DNA of 63,239 bases, filler included, from Stramenopiles sp. TOSAG23-3 (taxonomy: Eukaryota): assembly GCA_900128585.1 (NCBI GenBank). It is 11 parts of 11 records of this genome, joined end to end, with 100 filler letters (N's around TTAATTAATTAA, not from the genome) between each part and the next. Parts side by side here need not be neighbours in the genome. Positions count along the whole stretch, not along the records: positions 1 to 8,238 come from LT643045.1; positions 8,339 to 16,566 come from LT643046.1; 9 more parts are not named here. One strand, 5' to 3'. The notes beneath the pieces were generated by a model. The model had not been told where the DNA came from. It saw only the letters and a list, made by a program, of their open reading frames with translations, and did not search any database. Shown piece by piece: positions 1-9,567 of this stretch. The number at the start of each line of letters is the position of its first letter. Position 1 is the stretch's first letter. The position numbers and the translations under genes are program-made.

Positions 1-845
1 TTTTTCCCCCCCCCCCCCCCAGAATGCTAATTTTCCCTAACTGCTAAGGTTGAAAACACTATCTTCAAAACTAAACATTAAATAAAAAAAAATCAAGCAC
101 ACTTTTTTCCTCATACAAGTAACAATAGAGTACATTACAAATCAACTCCTCCCAAAACAGAAAAAATGCGAGGGTAAAGTAAATCAACTAAATGAAAAGA
201 AATACAAACAAAAAAAAACACTGGAGAAATACGTAAATGAGTTTGCAAAGCTACGCACTACACTATTAATCCACACAGCATCAACACCGTTGGTGAAAAA
301 ATGTTTTAAAGAAAAAGAAGTAATTTTTGGAGGTACCCCACCCCCACTTATATATTTAATTAAAATACAGGACGATATTGTACTCTGCACGATTTCTTAG
401 CCGAAGCCTCCTCCTCCATTTCATCATGAAACTATCGCTAACCAGCTCTTGTTGCTTTCTTTTTTTAGAACGCGAGATTTAATATTTTTGATATTTTTTC
501 AATAACTCTTGATTCGTACATAAGCACATCAGCAACACAACCACCAGTATAATAATCCCCTGCTGACACTAGTCCAGGGACCAAAAAATAACGAAATATG
601 GAAATAATTAGTTTTTTAGTAGTAGATAAAAGAATTGATATTATTAAGGTATATTAATATCGCCGATTTTTCTAAGGATTTCTAATTTAATCTAATCGTG
701 TCTATGGAGTTTTAAACTTTTCTGCTCACATATTTAAAAAATTAAGACACGAAGTTCCTGGAACATTAATTCGGATTAGGTGCAGTGTGCAGTTACAACA
801 CAAATTATACATGATAAGGTTGAATGAAGAAGAAAAAACAAACCT

Positions 846-1260
846 CTGTGTTTTGTCATATAGCGAAATATCACTAGCGTTCTGTGATTTGTCATATATG
901 GAAATATCATCAGCGTTCTGTTATCTTACAAAAACTTCAACACAAAATATACATACAGTAAAAGACAATAAAATTGTAAAATAAAATAAACACCATCATA
1001 TTGTTATTTGTCATACTGTATATGGAAATACCACAAGTACTTAAATATGAAAATATCATCATCATTTTGTTATTTGTCATATATGGAATTCCATCAGTAC
1101 TCATATCTCAAAATATCATAAGCGTTCTGTTATTTATCATATATCGAAATACCATCAGCGTTTATCAAATGGAAATACCATTAGCGTCCTGTTATCTTAC
1201 AAGAACTACAACACAAAATATACATAAGGATAATGTATTGTAAAATAAATACCATCATTT
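846..1260. repeat. Degenerate AT-rich minisatellite (about 36-bp unit) with a higher-order duplication
   Basis: Recurring unit like CTGTTATTTGTCATATATGGAAATATCATCAGCGTT. The block CTGTTATCTTACAA..AACACAAAATATACATA..TTGTAAAATAAA occurs at about 918 and about 1189. Confidence 0.8.
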
Positions 1261-1638
1261 CCCGACTCATAAAATATATTCTAGTACTATGATTTTATGG
1301 AAATAGTGTACTGTGTGCCATTGTTCCCCTTCTACTAAACACGAACGCGGCATGGTCCTTAAAACCACAAACACTTCATGCTTTAAACGACTGCCACATC
1401 TTTAAATCAGCAGGGTCATCGTGCCGGAGGTACCTCTAATAATAGTGCTAGGAAAACTAATGAATAACAAATTTCAAATAACGAAGACTATTTAATAATT
1501 TCGAGCATGGGAAGGAAATGATTCAGTGAATAACTTAATGGTGAAAAATGTTAACAAAGCAACCGGGCGCTCTGCTTTCCCATTAATCCGTACCCATTCT
1601 AAAATCGAGGGCTGTCTCTTCAATAAATAATTTATGTT

Positions 1639-3327
1639 ATGAAGCATTTCATATTTTCTTTCTTTGGGGTTTTGTTTTTAACCATCGGTGGCACAGCGAC
1701 AAAACGTCCTTTGGTCGTTGATAGGTATTTGACTTTCCATCGCAGGCATGATGTATTTGAATCTATTTATAAAGACCGTCCGGATAAAAACTTCGGTTTT
1801 GGAGAAAAACCCTTTTCCAGAATCGGGAGTGTGGTATTCACTGTTGTTTTTGACAAACCAATAATTGTGCATAAACAAGCGATTTACACATCTTCGTTTA
1901 ATTGGTCTGGATGGGACCAGCACTTGCCAGGGACAGTTAGATTACAATGCGGAAACCAAATTTTTAATTCCCGCCCTGAATTTGGAAACGATTGCCTGAA
2001 CGTTTATATCGAGAACATAAATATGCTTTCAGTTTGGTTGAGGCTCCCAGCCGACAGATTGAATATATTGGACATCCATCCATCTAAGTGCAAACTGAGA
2101 TTGTTGAGGCCAAACATGCGGGCCATCGGCAGCAGATTTGTAACAATGCCTAGCATAACTGGGGATTTTTTGTTAAAACTTCCGCAAATTACGGTTTTCT
2201 TCTCTGGGACGGATGGGAGGAGGGGGGGGTGTCCTGACTGCACGTTGCCTTCTTCCGAATCTGTTTTTGTCCGCCGGGGCATCAATGGGAAAAAAGAATG
2301 GGCAAAACGGATGTCCCGAAGGGATAAAGTACTCAGTTTAAGCCAAATTAAAATCTCAAAAATGTTGTCGGTGTATGCAAGCCTCGTTCAAAAACTCGCC
2401 CGGGATACAAATATCTGGACAAATATACCAAGACTCAAACGCTCAGGCGGAAAGCTGTATGGAAAAGGTCGAAAGCTATTGGCGGAGGAAGAATCCGATA
2501 TTTTATCCGACGAGACTGCAACTCTTGGAGCAATTGAATATCTTCGTGCGAAAACATTGTCAGAAATGGGAATGCATGCGGGGGAGTTATATGAAATAAT
2601 CATAAAACCAATAGCTACTGCAATGGGAAAGCAAGTCCCCGAGATTTTGTTTGCCTTGATAAAATTTCCCTTAAGCGTACTGCTAAGGGATATTACGACA
2701 TCCGGTTTGGAGGGTCCTGTGACAACGCCAGTGCTCAACCAATTAGACCCAAGCTCAATGTTTGGAGCTGGAAACGAAGAGACTCCAACTCAATCTACGG
2801 CTGGGCATGGGACTGGAAGAGTAAGTGCCGGTATATCCGATGACATTTCGCTGGAAGTCACGGACAACGTCTTAAATAGTCTCACGAAAGCGTTGTGGCA
2901 TAAATTTGAGATAACATTACCAGCCAAAATAAGCGGTCAAGCCAGTCGCCAAGTTTCACGTTCCCTTCTATTAGTATTGACACATACTTTGACACAATCA
3001 ATCTCACGAGGGTTAGTGGAGGTTTTGTCTACATCGTTGACAAAGCGTTTGGTGCGGGGCCTAAACAGTGCACTAATACCAACTTTAACACACACGTTGG
3101 TGCCGACAATAACGCATTCTTTGATGCACCACCCAAAAACGGATTACTTTTGTTATTTTTGCGACAAGGAAAAAGTTTACTGTGACTATTGCATTCAGGG
3201 ACGGGAACATGATTTTCAGCAAGAGTATTACATTGGTTACTATAGTGGATATTACTCGGCATATTATACAGGATCTTACAGTTCACTTGGGGATATTGCT
3301 GCTGACAATCAGTTTTATGGCGCTTGA
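1639..3327 (+). CDS. Secreted hypothetical protein with Thr/Leu helical repeats and a Cys/Tyr-rich C-terminus
   Basis: 562-aa ORF. Hydrophobic N-terminus (MKHFIFSFFGVLFLTIGG), LTHTL-type repeats, CYFC...CDYC, then YYIGYYSGYYSAYY. Confidence 0.75.
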   Translation: MKHFIFSFFGVLFLTIGGTATKRPLVVDRYLTFHRRHDVFESIYKDRPDKNFGFGEKPFSRIGSVVFTVVFDKPIIVHKQAIYTSSFNWSGWDQHLPGTVRLQCGNQIFNSRPEFGNDCLNVYIENINMLSVWLRLPADRLNILDIHPSKCKLRLLRPNMRAIGSRFVTMPSITGDFLLKLPQITVFFSGTDGRRGGCPDCTLPSSESVFVRRGINGKKEWAKRMSRRDKVLSLSQIKISKMLSVYASLVQKLARDTNIWTNIPRLKRSGGKLYGKGRKLLAEEESDILSDETATLGAIEYLRAKTLSEMGMHAGELYEIIIKPIATAMGKQVPEILFALIKFPLSVLLRDITTSGLEGPVTTPVLNQLDPSSMFGAGNEETPTQSTAGHGTGRVSAGISDDISLEVTDNVLNSLTKALWHKFEITLPAKISGQASRQVSRSLLLVLTHTLTQSISRGLVEVLSTSLTKRLVRGLNSALIPTLTHTLVPTITHSLMHHPKTDYFCYFCDKEKVYCDYCIQGREHDFQQEYYIGYYSGYYSAYYTGSYSSLGDIAADNQFYGA

Positions 3328-3379
3328 AACAATGTATTCTTTACAGATGCGACATATTCAGGGCTCTTGGTCTTCGTTT

Positions 3380-3850
3380 TGTTTCCAGGCGCTTTGATTG
3401 CAAGTGCCTACGCGTCCACACAAGCGGTGCGGTGGATGTGGTTTGTTGGCGTGCCAGTTGGAATCTCGTCCTGCTGGCAATGCTCTGGTTCTCTGTGTCT
3501 TCATCCGAGGATGGCACTACTAGGGTCGAGGCGATGCTGAGTTGCTCACTGCATCAATGACGATTTCAGTTCCAACCCTAGTGCTATCTTGATGGTTTAT
3601 TTTGAATTTTGAATTTGTTTTTTTAATTTCGTTTCGTTGATTGTCAATCACTAAGGAATTATTTGTATTCCAATGAGAAGAATGACTAACAAGTGATAAT
3701 ATTTCTTTTCTTGTTAAAGGTGATCTGTACTCAACAAACCGACCCAATTCCTAGTCAAAGTCAATGATAATTTCATCCGCCTTTGGAGACTCATGTGAGT
3801 AGATCACTTCTTCGCCGAACTCATCAGAGTCACTTGGAGAATCAATCGTC
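3380..3850 (-). mobile_element. Inverted, decayed fragment of the retroelement C-terminal extension
   Basis: Minus-strand translation SEQLSIASTLVVPSSDEDTENQSIASRTRFQLARQQT matches plus-strand SEHSSNAPTLIVSPSDGDTE...NASRTRYQLVRQRT at about 5850-6000. Homology of 3560-3850 is weaker (acidic, SIM-like). Confidence 0.7.
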
Positions 3851-4089
3851 CCTTTATTACCAGTACGACTCTTTTGGTGCTGGGGGGGATAGATTATCAG
3901 TGTCTCTCAAAATTGGGTCCAAATGCTGGAAAACCCGGCCGGTGAAGCACTTGGTGACACTTAGCGGAGGTAGCTGTAGGATCCATTTCCACATCATTCC
4001 TACAGTTCAAACAGCGGCTAACACTTTATATCAGTTATAGATACTTCGAAATCTAAGATTATTTTCCAAGTGATAATGCTTTTTTCTGC

Positions 4090-6479
4090 AGCGACCAAAT
4101 CACGACGCAGATCCTGGCGCAAACAAAGGATTTCGCTTTCCCCAGTCAAGGAACACAGGAACAGGACACTGCAATACCAGAAGCCCTCAATACTGGCGCT
4201 GCCCTAGTTTTAGTTCTTGCAGCCGGTTCGTCCCGAGAGCCGGTCGACTAGCGCAACATTGGCTACGGATGCAATCTATCGGTAAACCGGCGCCGCCTAC
4301 AGCGTGACTTTAATAATGCAGTCCTCGATACAAATGTGGGCTTCTTCCGCACGTTTACCTCTGCTACAAAACGTAAATACCGTTTGCATCCCCACCACCC
4401 ACAAACTATGGGCGCAAGGCATCGTGCACCCCGAGTCAAAACGCCCCCTGAGATACCCAATGTTGCGCCATACACCCTTCCAAGCCCTCGATGTCAACAA
4501 GCCTGGGCAAGGACATAACCGAGTTTGGACAAAGCGCGGCAGTTGCTGTCGTTACCATAATTGTCAGGTGCTCACCCGTACTCAACCAGTCCATCGGGCT
4601 ATCAAACGAAGGATTTACATGCGCGTTCACACACCGCATCACCGGTTCCTATAGACTACTCTTTGGCGCCGGCAGGGAAATGGATGACTTAACACTATGC
4701 CCATACCTCAAAAAAACCGGAGAACCCTGTAGCCGCCGTCTCAACGGATATGTGCACCTCATTGGATGCAAATCACACGGCTTGCACTTCTATCCACACA
4801 ACCTCAGGGAGGACACCCTCCACGCGTGCTACCAAGATGCCCTACGTACCAGGATAATCAGAGGACAAGCATTCACTTGTTTAAACGAAGACAAACGCCC
4901 AAGGGGCAATCGGGAACCTTGTCACATCCATCCCCTGCACACCGGGACCGTACAACGCCGAGTACGCCAAATTCGACGAAGGGAACCAAGCAGAGGGCCT
5001 TACAATATATGGGGGTCACCTCCCCCGCAACATGTTCCCGATCAACAATAGCGCACAGGGCCCCAATGTCATTCAAAACCCGAATAGCCTAGCGAGACGA
5101 AAGGAACAGTTCATCGCCCTCCTTAACATATGCCGCGACCGGGACCTCCAAGCCGAGCACTGAGACGTCCATTTCTGTCAGGAAAATACACCCAATTGCA
5201 GACCAACAAACGATCCGAGGAATAAGATACGCGGGAGCATGGAATGCATTCCAACAAAGCGGAGACAACGGGGAAGCGCTTCAAATCCTGCGTTACCTGA
5301 ACCCTTCCCGTAGTGGAGCCTCCAAAATAGCATTGTTTGGGATGTGCCTCAGAGGGGGACCAAGCCCTCTTCGACCGCCTCGCGATAATAAAGCTCCCAA
5401 CCCCAATCACCGCCGGTAGCCTCGGCTACCTATCAGCACGCCAGAGATGGGCGGACTGGTGGGTGCGAGTCTTCCAACGGAACACACTCAGCGTGATCGC
5501 CAAGTTCATAGCATCAGGGATCCGAATTTTCAACGCCCTGGCCCCAACAGCCCTGCCAATGGACTATGCCGCCGGAGTAGCCGACACCGTGCCCCTCACC
5601 CGGCACTCCCAACGCTCGGCCTCGGCCAGCTCGGACTCGGGAGTCCTAACAGAACCGCGAAGCTCGGGGGACGAGCATTCCAGCAGCGATGACTCAAGTA
5701 GTGCCCAGACTCTAATAGTGTCATCCTCAGACGACGTCACGGAAGTACAATCCTCAACACAATCTAGTAGCGAGCAATCCAATAACGCCCCGACCCTAAT
5801 AGTGTCACCCTCAGACGACGACACAGAAGTACATTCCTCAAAACAATCCAATAGTGAGCACTCCAGTAATGCCCCGACTCTAATAGTGTCACCATCGGAC
5901 GGCGACACAGAAATACAATCCTCAATGCAATCATCAGAGGAATGGAACAAAATAAACGCCAGCAGGACGAGATACCAACTGGTACGCCAAAGAACCATAA
6001 CTACTGCACTGCATACCGAATCTTCACCATCACAACAGAGCCCACAAACGCTGATTACACACACCGACCTAAACTACCCTATTACGACACCTCAACTCAC
6101 AAATGACAATTCCTTGATTGGTCTACATAACAGACAACGAGCACCTTTAAAACAATCACGCCGATGCTTGGAAAATCACACAAGAACTGATTCATTTACG
6201 ACTGGGACATCGGATGAGGAAGTTGACTACGGGTCTTTTGAGATCGACGCTAATCGACATGCCTATTTGGATCATGCATGGAGTACACATGAGAATAATA
6301 GTCAAGACTAAGTGACAAGGGTACATTGATTAGTAAAATCTCAGGAGCAGAGATAAGTTCGCAGTATAAAGGAACGTAAACCGTTAATGGACAAAAGGAG
6401 AAGATTCACTTTCGCAGTATATGAAGACAGATAAATTTAATTACTTTAATAACAGCCAAATTTTTCGTTTTTAATTTAG
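4090..6479 (+). mobile_element. 5'-truncated, frameshifted non-LTR retrotransposon of the restriction-like endonuclease type (CRE/NeSL/R2-like), copy A
   Basis: Ordered motifs across shifting frames: thumb-like EPV..NIGYG/GAAY (about 4240-4300); LSNEGFTCAFTHRITG (4599); CCHC knuckle CPYLKKTGEPC-x8-H-x3-C followed by PHN, where RHN is usual (4698-4802); REPCHI / GVTSP / LPVVE..LGC.SEG..ALFDRLA as RLE remnants; Ser-rich tail; repeated 3' UTR. No RT catalytic YxDD was seen. Confidence 0.65.
5690..5940 (+). repeat. Three 84-bp (28-aa) coding tandem repeats within retroelement copy A
   Basis: SSSAQTLIVSSSDDVTEVQSSTQSSSEQ / SNNAPTLIVSPSDDDTEVHSSKQSNSEH / SSNAPTLIVSPSDGDTEIQSSMQSSEEW. Confidence 0.9.
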
Positions 6480-6554
6480 ATAACCTGAATTAGAGTAAAG
6501 GGCAGGATAAATTTCAACTATACATGAAGGTATGTAAACCTTGAATGTCTAAAT

Positions 6555-6612
6555 TTAGAGTTCAGTTCGCAGTACATTAAATTTTAATAACTAAAATAAC
6601 AGCCAATTTTAT
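6555..6612 (+). repeat. Second short copy of the retroelement 3' tail
   Basis: TAGAGTTCAGTTCGCAGTACATTAAATTTTAATAACTAAAATAACAGCCAATTTT is nearly identical to the reverse complement of 24688-24743. Confidence 0.8.
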
Positions 6613-6689
6613 TGTTTAAAAATCTCAACTAACATAAGTAACAGCCATCGATGTCTACAACTGACAAGCTGTATAATCTCTCCGCCCAA

Positions 6690-8238
6690 TCCACCTAACG
6701 GGAGGACGGGAGCAGCACCTAACAAGAGATATCCAAGAACTCTTCAAACACAGTCGGCTCCTTGCTGAATTCCCAATCATCACGGGCCAAATTTTAATGA
6801 ATGGCATACTTACGCGACAAATGAAAATACTCGCCAGAACCGAAAGGGACATCAAAACCGAAATTCGATTCCCTGAAACGCCACACTGTCTGAGCTATCT
6901 GAGTGCACGACCAAAATTGATTGACTGGTGGATAAGAGTCATACATAAATACGTCAGCAAAGCAGTCGTCTGTGGAATCGAAGCAGGATTCACACACCGA
7001 GCGAGGTTAGCGAACGACCTACTCACCGCTCCACATAACCAACCCGAATCTCTATTGCAGCGTCCACTAATCCAAATAGGACTGCAAAAGTGGGGGCTAC
7101 AACAGGAACCAAAAGCGACAGCTAATTCCACGGCCAAACAGGCACCATCATCGACAGGTAACTTCGCGTCAAACCTCAACAACGAGGACCCCAGACGGCA
7201 AGCGGGCGAGGTCTTTCGTGACTATGAAATAGCGCGCCGGAAGCAGATCCGGGAGAACGCCATGAGACTCAGGGAAATAATGGCATCGAACCACAACAAC
7301 ACCAGGCCCCATTCCCCACATCGCTCGGCCAAATACGAACAGGCGAAGCACTTCCCACAGCAATCAACCAACAATTGCGGGATACACACCATAATCAGAA
7401 TACTCACAGCACACAACCCCCATCTACTTGTGAAATTCAGTACGAATTTCATTGAGGAGAACAGCACGGCGATAAGGGCATGGCTGTTTTCCAGGCTCAT
7501 CACACCGTCTACACCACAAGCCTGGGACCAGTCTTTGCCGAAATTCATACGCGCGGTCCCTCATGATCAATGGTTTAAACCCAGCGCCAGTAAAACGGCC
7601 CCAACGCAAGAAAAGCGCGATGCACTCTCCACACTCCTGCCGGACCAGTATTTATCAGGGGACGCCATCCGTCTCTCGCTCAACGCACTTCAATACAAAC
7701 CGCCCATGGACCAATACGTATTCGATACTTTACTATCGCAAATAACAGGGGCAGACCGAACAGATCTTTTATGGACAGCACTGCGGCGCCGCTCAAGGGA
7801 GACATGTGAGACACGACTTCGGTCAATCATCCTGCCGATCAACGAACAAAATGATCACTGGAATATTGCCATCCTACATGTGGGGATGACACAATGTCGC
7901 ATGGAAATATGCAACGATGCGACAGCCAGGAATTATGCAGCAGAGCAAACCCTGAGATCGGGAACATGTACATATCACAGCTAAAATCACCGGAATCACC
8001 AATAAGCCAAGCAGACAAGGACACGAAAAGGGCCGTTGTCCCCCCACCGCCAAAGAGGTGGCCTCACCGTGACGCCCGTGCGAAAAGCAAAGCAAATGCC
8101 GCCAAGTCATGCCCCCCAGGGTTATTAGGTAATGGACGTCCCGAGAGACGGACACTGTTTATTCCTAGCATGCATTGAGGCAATGGCGCACAATCGCCTA
8201 ACACTCCCGCCCACATGGTTGTCGACACCACGAAAAGA
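6690..8238 (+). mobile_element. Related retroelement copy C: end-of-RLE motif followed by Ulp1/C48-like protease motifs (ORF 6797-7984)
   Basis: LSYLSARPKLIDWWIRVIHKYVSKAVVCGIEAG aligns with copy A LGYLSARQRWADWWVRVFQRNTLSVIAKFIASG. Also contains PQQSTNNCG, LLPDQYLSGDAI and IILPINEQNDHWNIAIL. Confidence 0.6.
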
Positions 8239-8338
8239 NNNNNNNNNNNNNNNNNNNNNNNNNNNNNNNNNNNNNNNNNNNNTTAATTAATTAANNNNNN
8301 NNNNNNNNNNNNNNNNNNNNNNNNNNNNNNNNNNNNNN
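8239..8338. other. Artificial contig spacer (N44-TTAATTAATTAA-N44)
   Basis: Six-frame stop linker. Identical spacers start at 16567, 24891, 33214, 41509, 49802, 58094, 59381, 60668 and 61955. Contig sizes descend 8238, 8228, 8224, 8223, 8195, 8193, 8192, then 1187, 1187, 1187, 1185. Confidence 0.98.
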
Positions 8339-9116
8339 CATGAAAGCAAACGAAATAAATAGGAAAAAGGTCTTGCACAAGCTGTCCTACATCAACCATG
8401 AACAGTTCAGAAACTCAAAAATGAAAATGCCACCTTGGCAGAAAAAGAAACAATGGTTAAATCCCGGGGTTTACAAAGACTCGCGATAAATACATATTAT
8501 ACTAAACCTGGAATATATATCCAAGGAGGTGGGTTTTACGCGGAAATAGCATTTATGCTGTGTATATATTATTATGCCATGTAAAACAGTATCCAAATAA
8601 AAACATAAGAATAGTGTTGATCAATTTGTGTTTCAGTTAATGACCAGAATTATTATAATTAAGGAACCTTTCTTTTGACTTAATATCAATCACTATAATG
8701 TAACATGTGTATATTTCCTTAATTGAATTAGCTAGAAACGATTATTTGTTGTTTAAAAATTGACTTCTATTTTTTTTAGTTGTTATTCTGTATCTATTTT
8801 TTTTGGTGAAGAGCGAAGAAGAGAAGAAGAAGAAAGAAGACTGAGAAGAAGAAGAGGAAAACAGGAGGGGCAAGAAAGCTAGCAAGAAAAAATGTAAAAA
8901 GCACAACGGTTGGTGTTACCAGTTTCGTAAGTACGGAGATTGAGATACGTAGGTTATTGTTATTAAGAGTAATAACCTCTTTTTGGATTTTGTACTTTTG
9001 ATTCGGTGAAAACTTTTTTTATACGACACGTACTGTGCTTTGCAAACGCTGCGAGCAATTTGTTTTTCGAAGTTTGTCCGTTCTGGCCGTCTTGCGTTCC
9101 TTGGAGAAAGAAAAAT

Positions 9117-9287
9117 ATGGGCTGTGCTCAATCCTCTGCTAAAAACAGTGCTCCGGTAAGCACTGGAAGCAAAGCCAAGGCATCTAGAAGAGACAGTGTT
9201 GCTGTTACCAAAGCGCGCATGGAGAAGGGGAAAGGTCGTAAAAAGGAAAACTTGCCTCCTGGAGTTCAGGTTGAAGTGTTTGAATGA
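9117..9287 (+). CDS. Small (56-aa) basic protein with an N-terminal dual acylation motif
   Basis: MGCAQSS start (Gly2 myristoylation, Cys3 palmitoylation pattern), RRDS kinase motif, and coding-like composition within AT-rich flanks. Confidence 0.6.
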   Translation: MGCAQSSAKNSAPVSTGSKAKASRRDSVAVTKARMEKGKGRKKENLPPGVQVEVFE

Positions 9288-9567
9288 TACCGTTTCATTC
9301 CTTTTTTGTTGCCTTTCAAGCTAGGGTGGCAGGGCTCTTGAATTTTTTTAATTACGAACTAGTGACCGTAGTGATAAATAGTCTTAAGAACTTAACAGGA
9401 ATTCATTAATTAGCTAAGAACGTGAACGTCAACTCTTTATCAAAATACATTTATTATTTTTATTCAAGCATTGTAGACTTATTCTAAGACACGAAGACGC
9501 GTCCAATCCTTTCAAATTCGAACGAAGTACATTCTTAAGTTCTTACACATTTGTTACGGAATGTTCT

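Noticed and set aside
846-1260. Possible CRISPR array (36-bp repeats)
   Set aside because: Units are degenerate and directly adjacent, with no unique spacers and no cas genes. The context is eukaryotic.
5337-5400. ALFDRL as a CRESS-virus Rep arginine finger
   Set aside because: No Walker A/B or HUH motifs nearby. The context fits the end of an RLE domain.
6320-6644. Repeated tail read as Introner-like introns (GT...AG with a conserved branch region)
   Set aside because: Homology between copies extends into the upstream element ORF (24790-24890, 33314-33400), and copies lie outside host CDSs in both orientations. This fits retroelement 3' ends better. Splicing is not excluded without RNA data.
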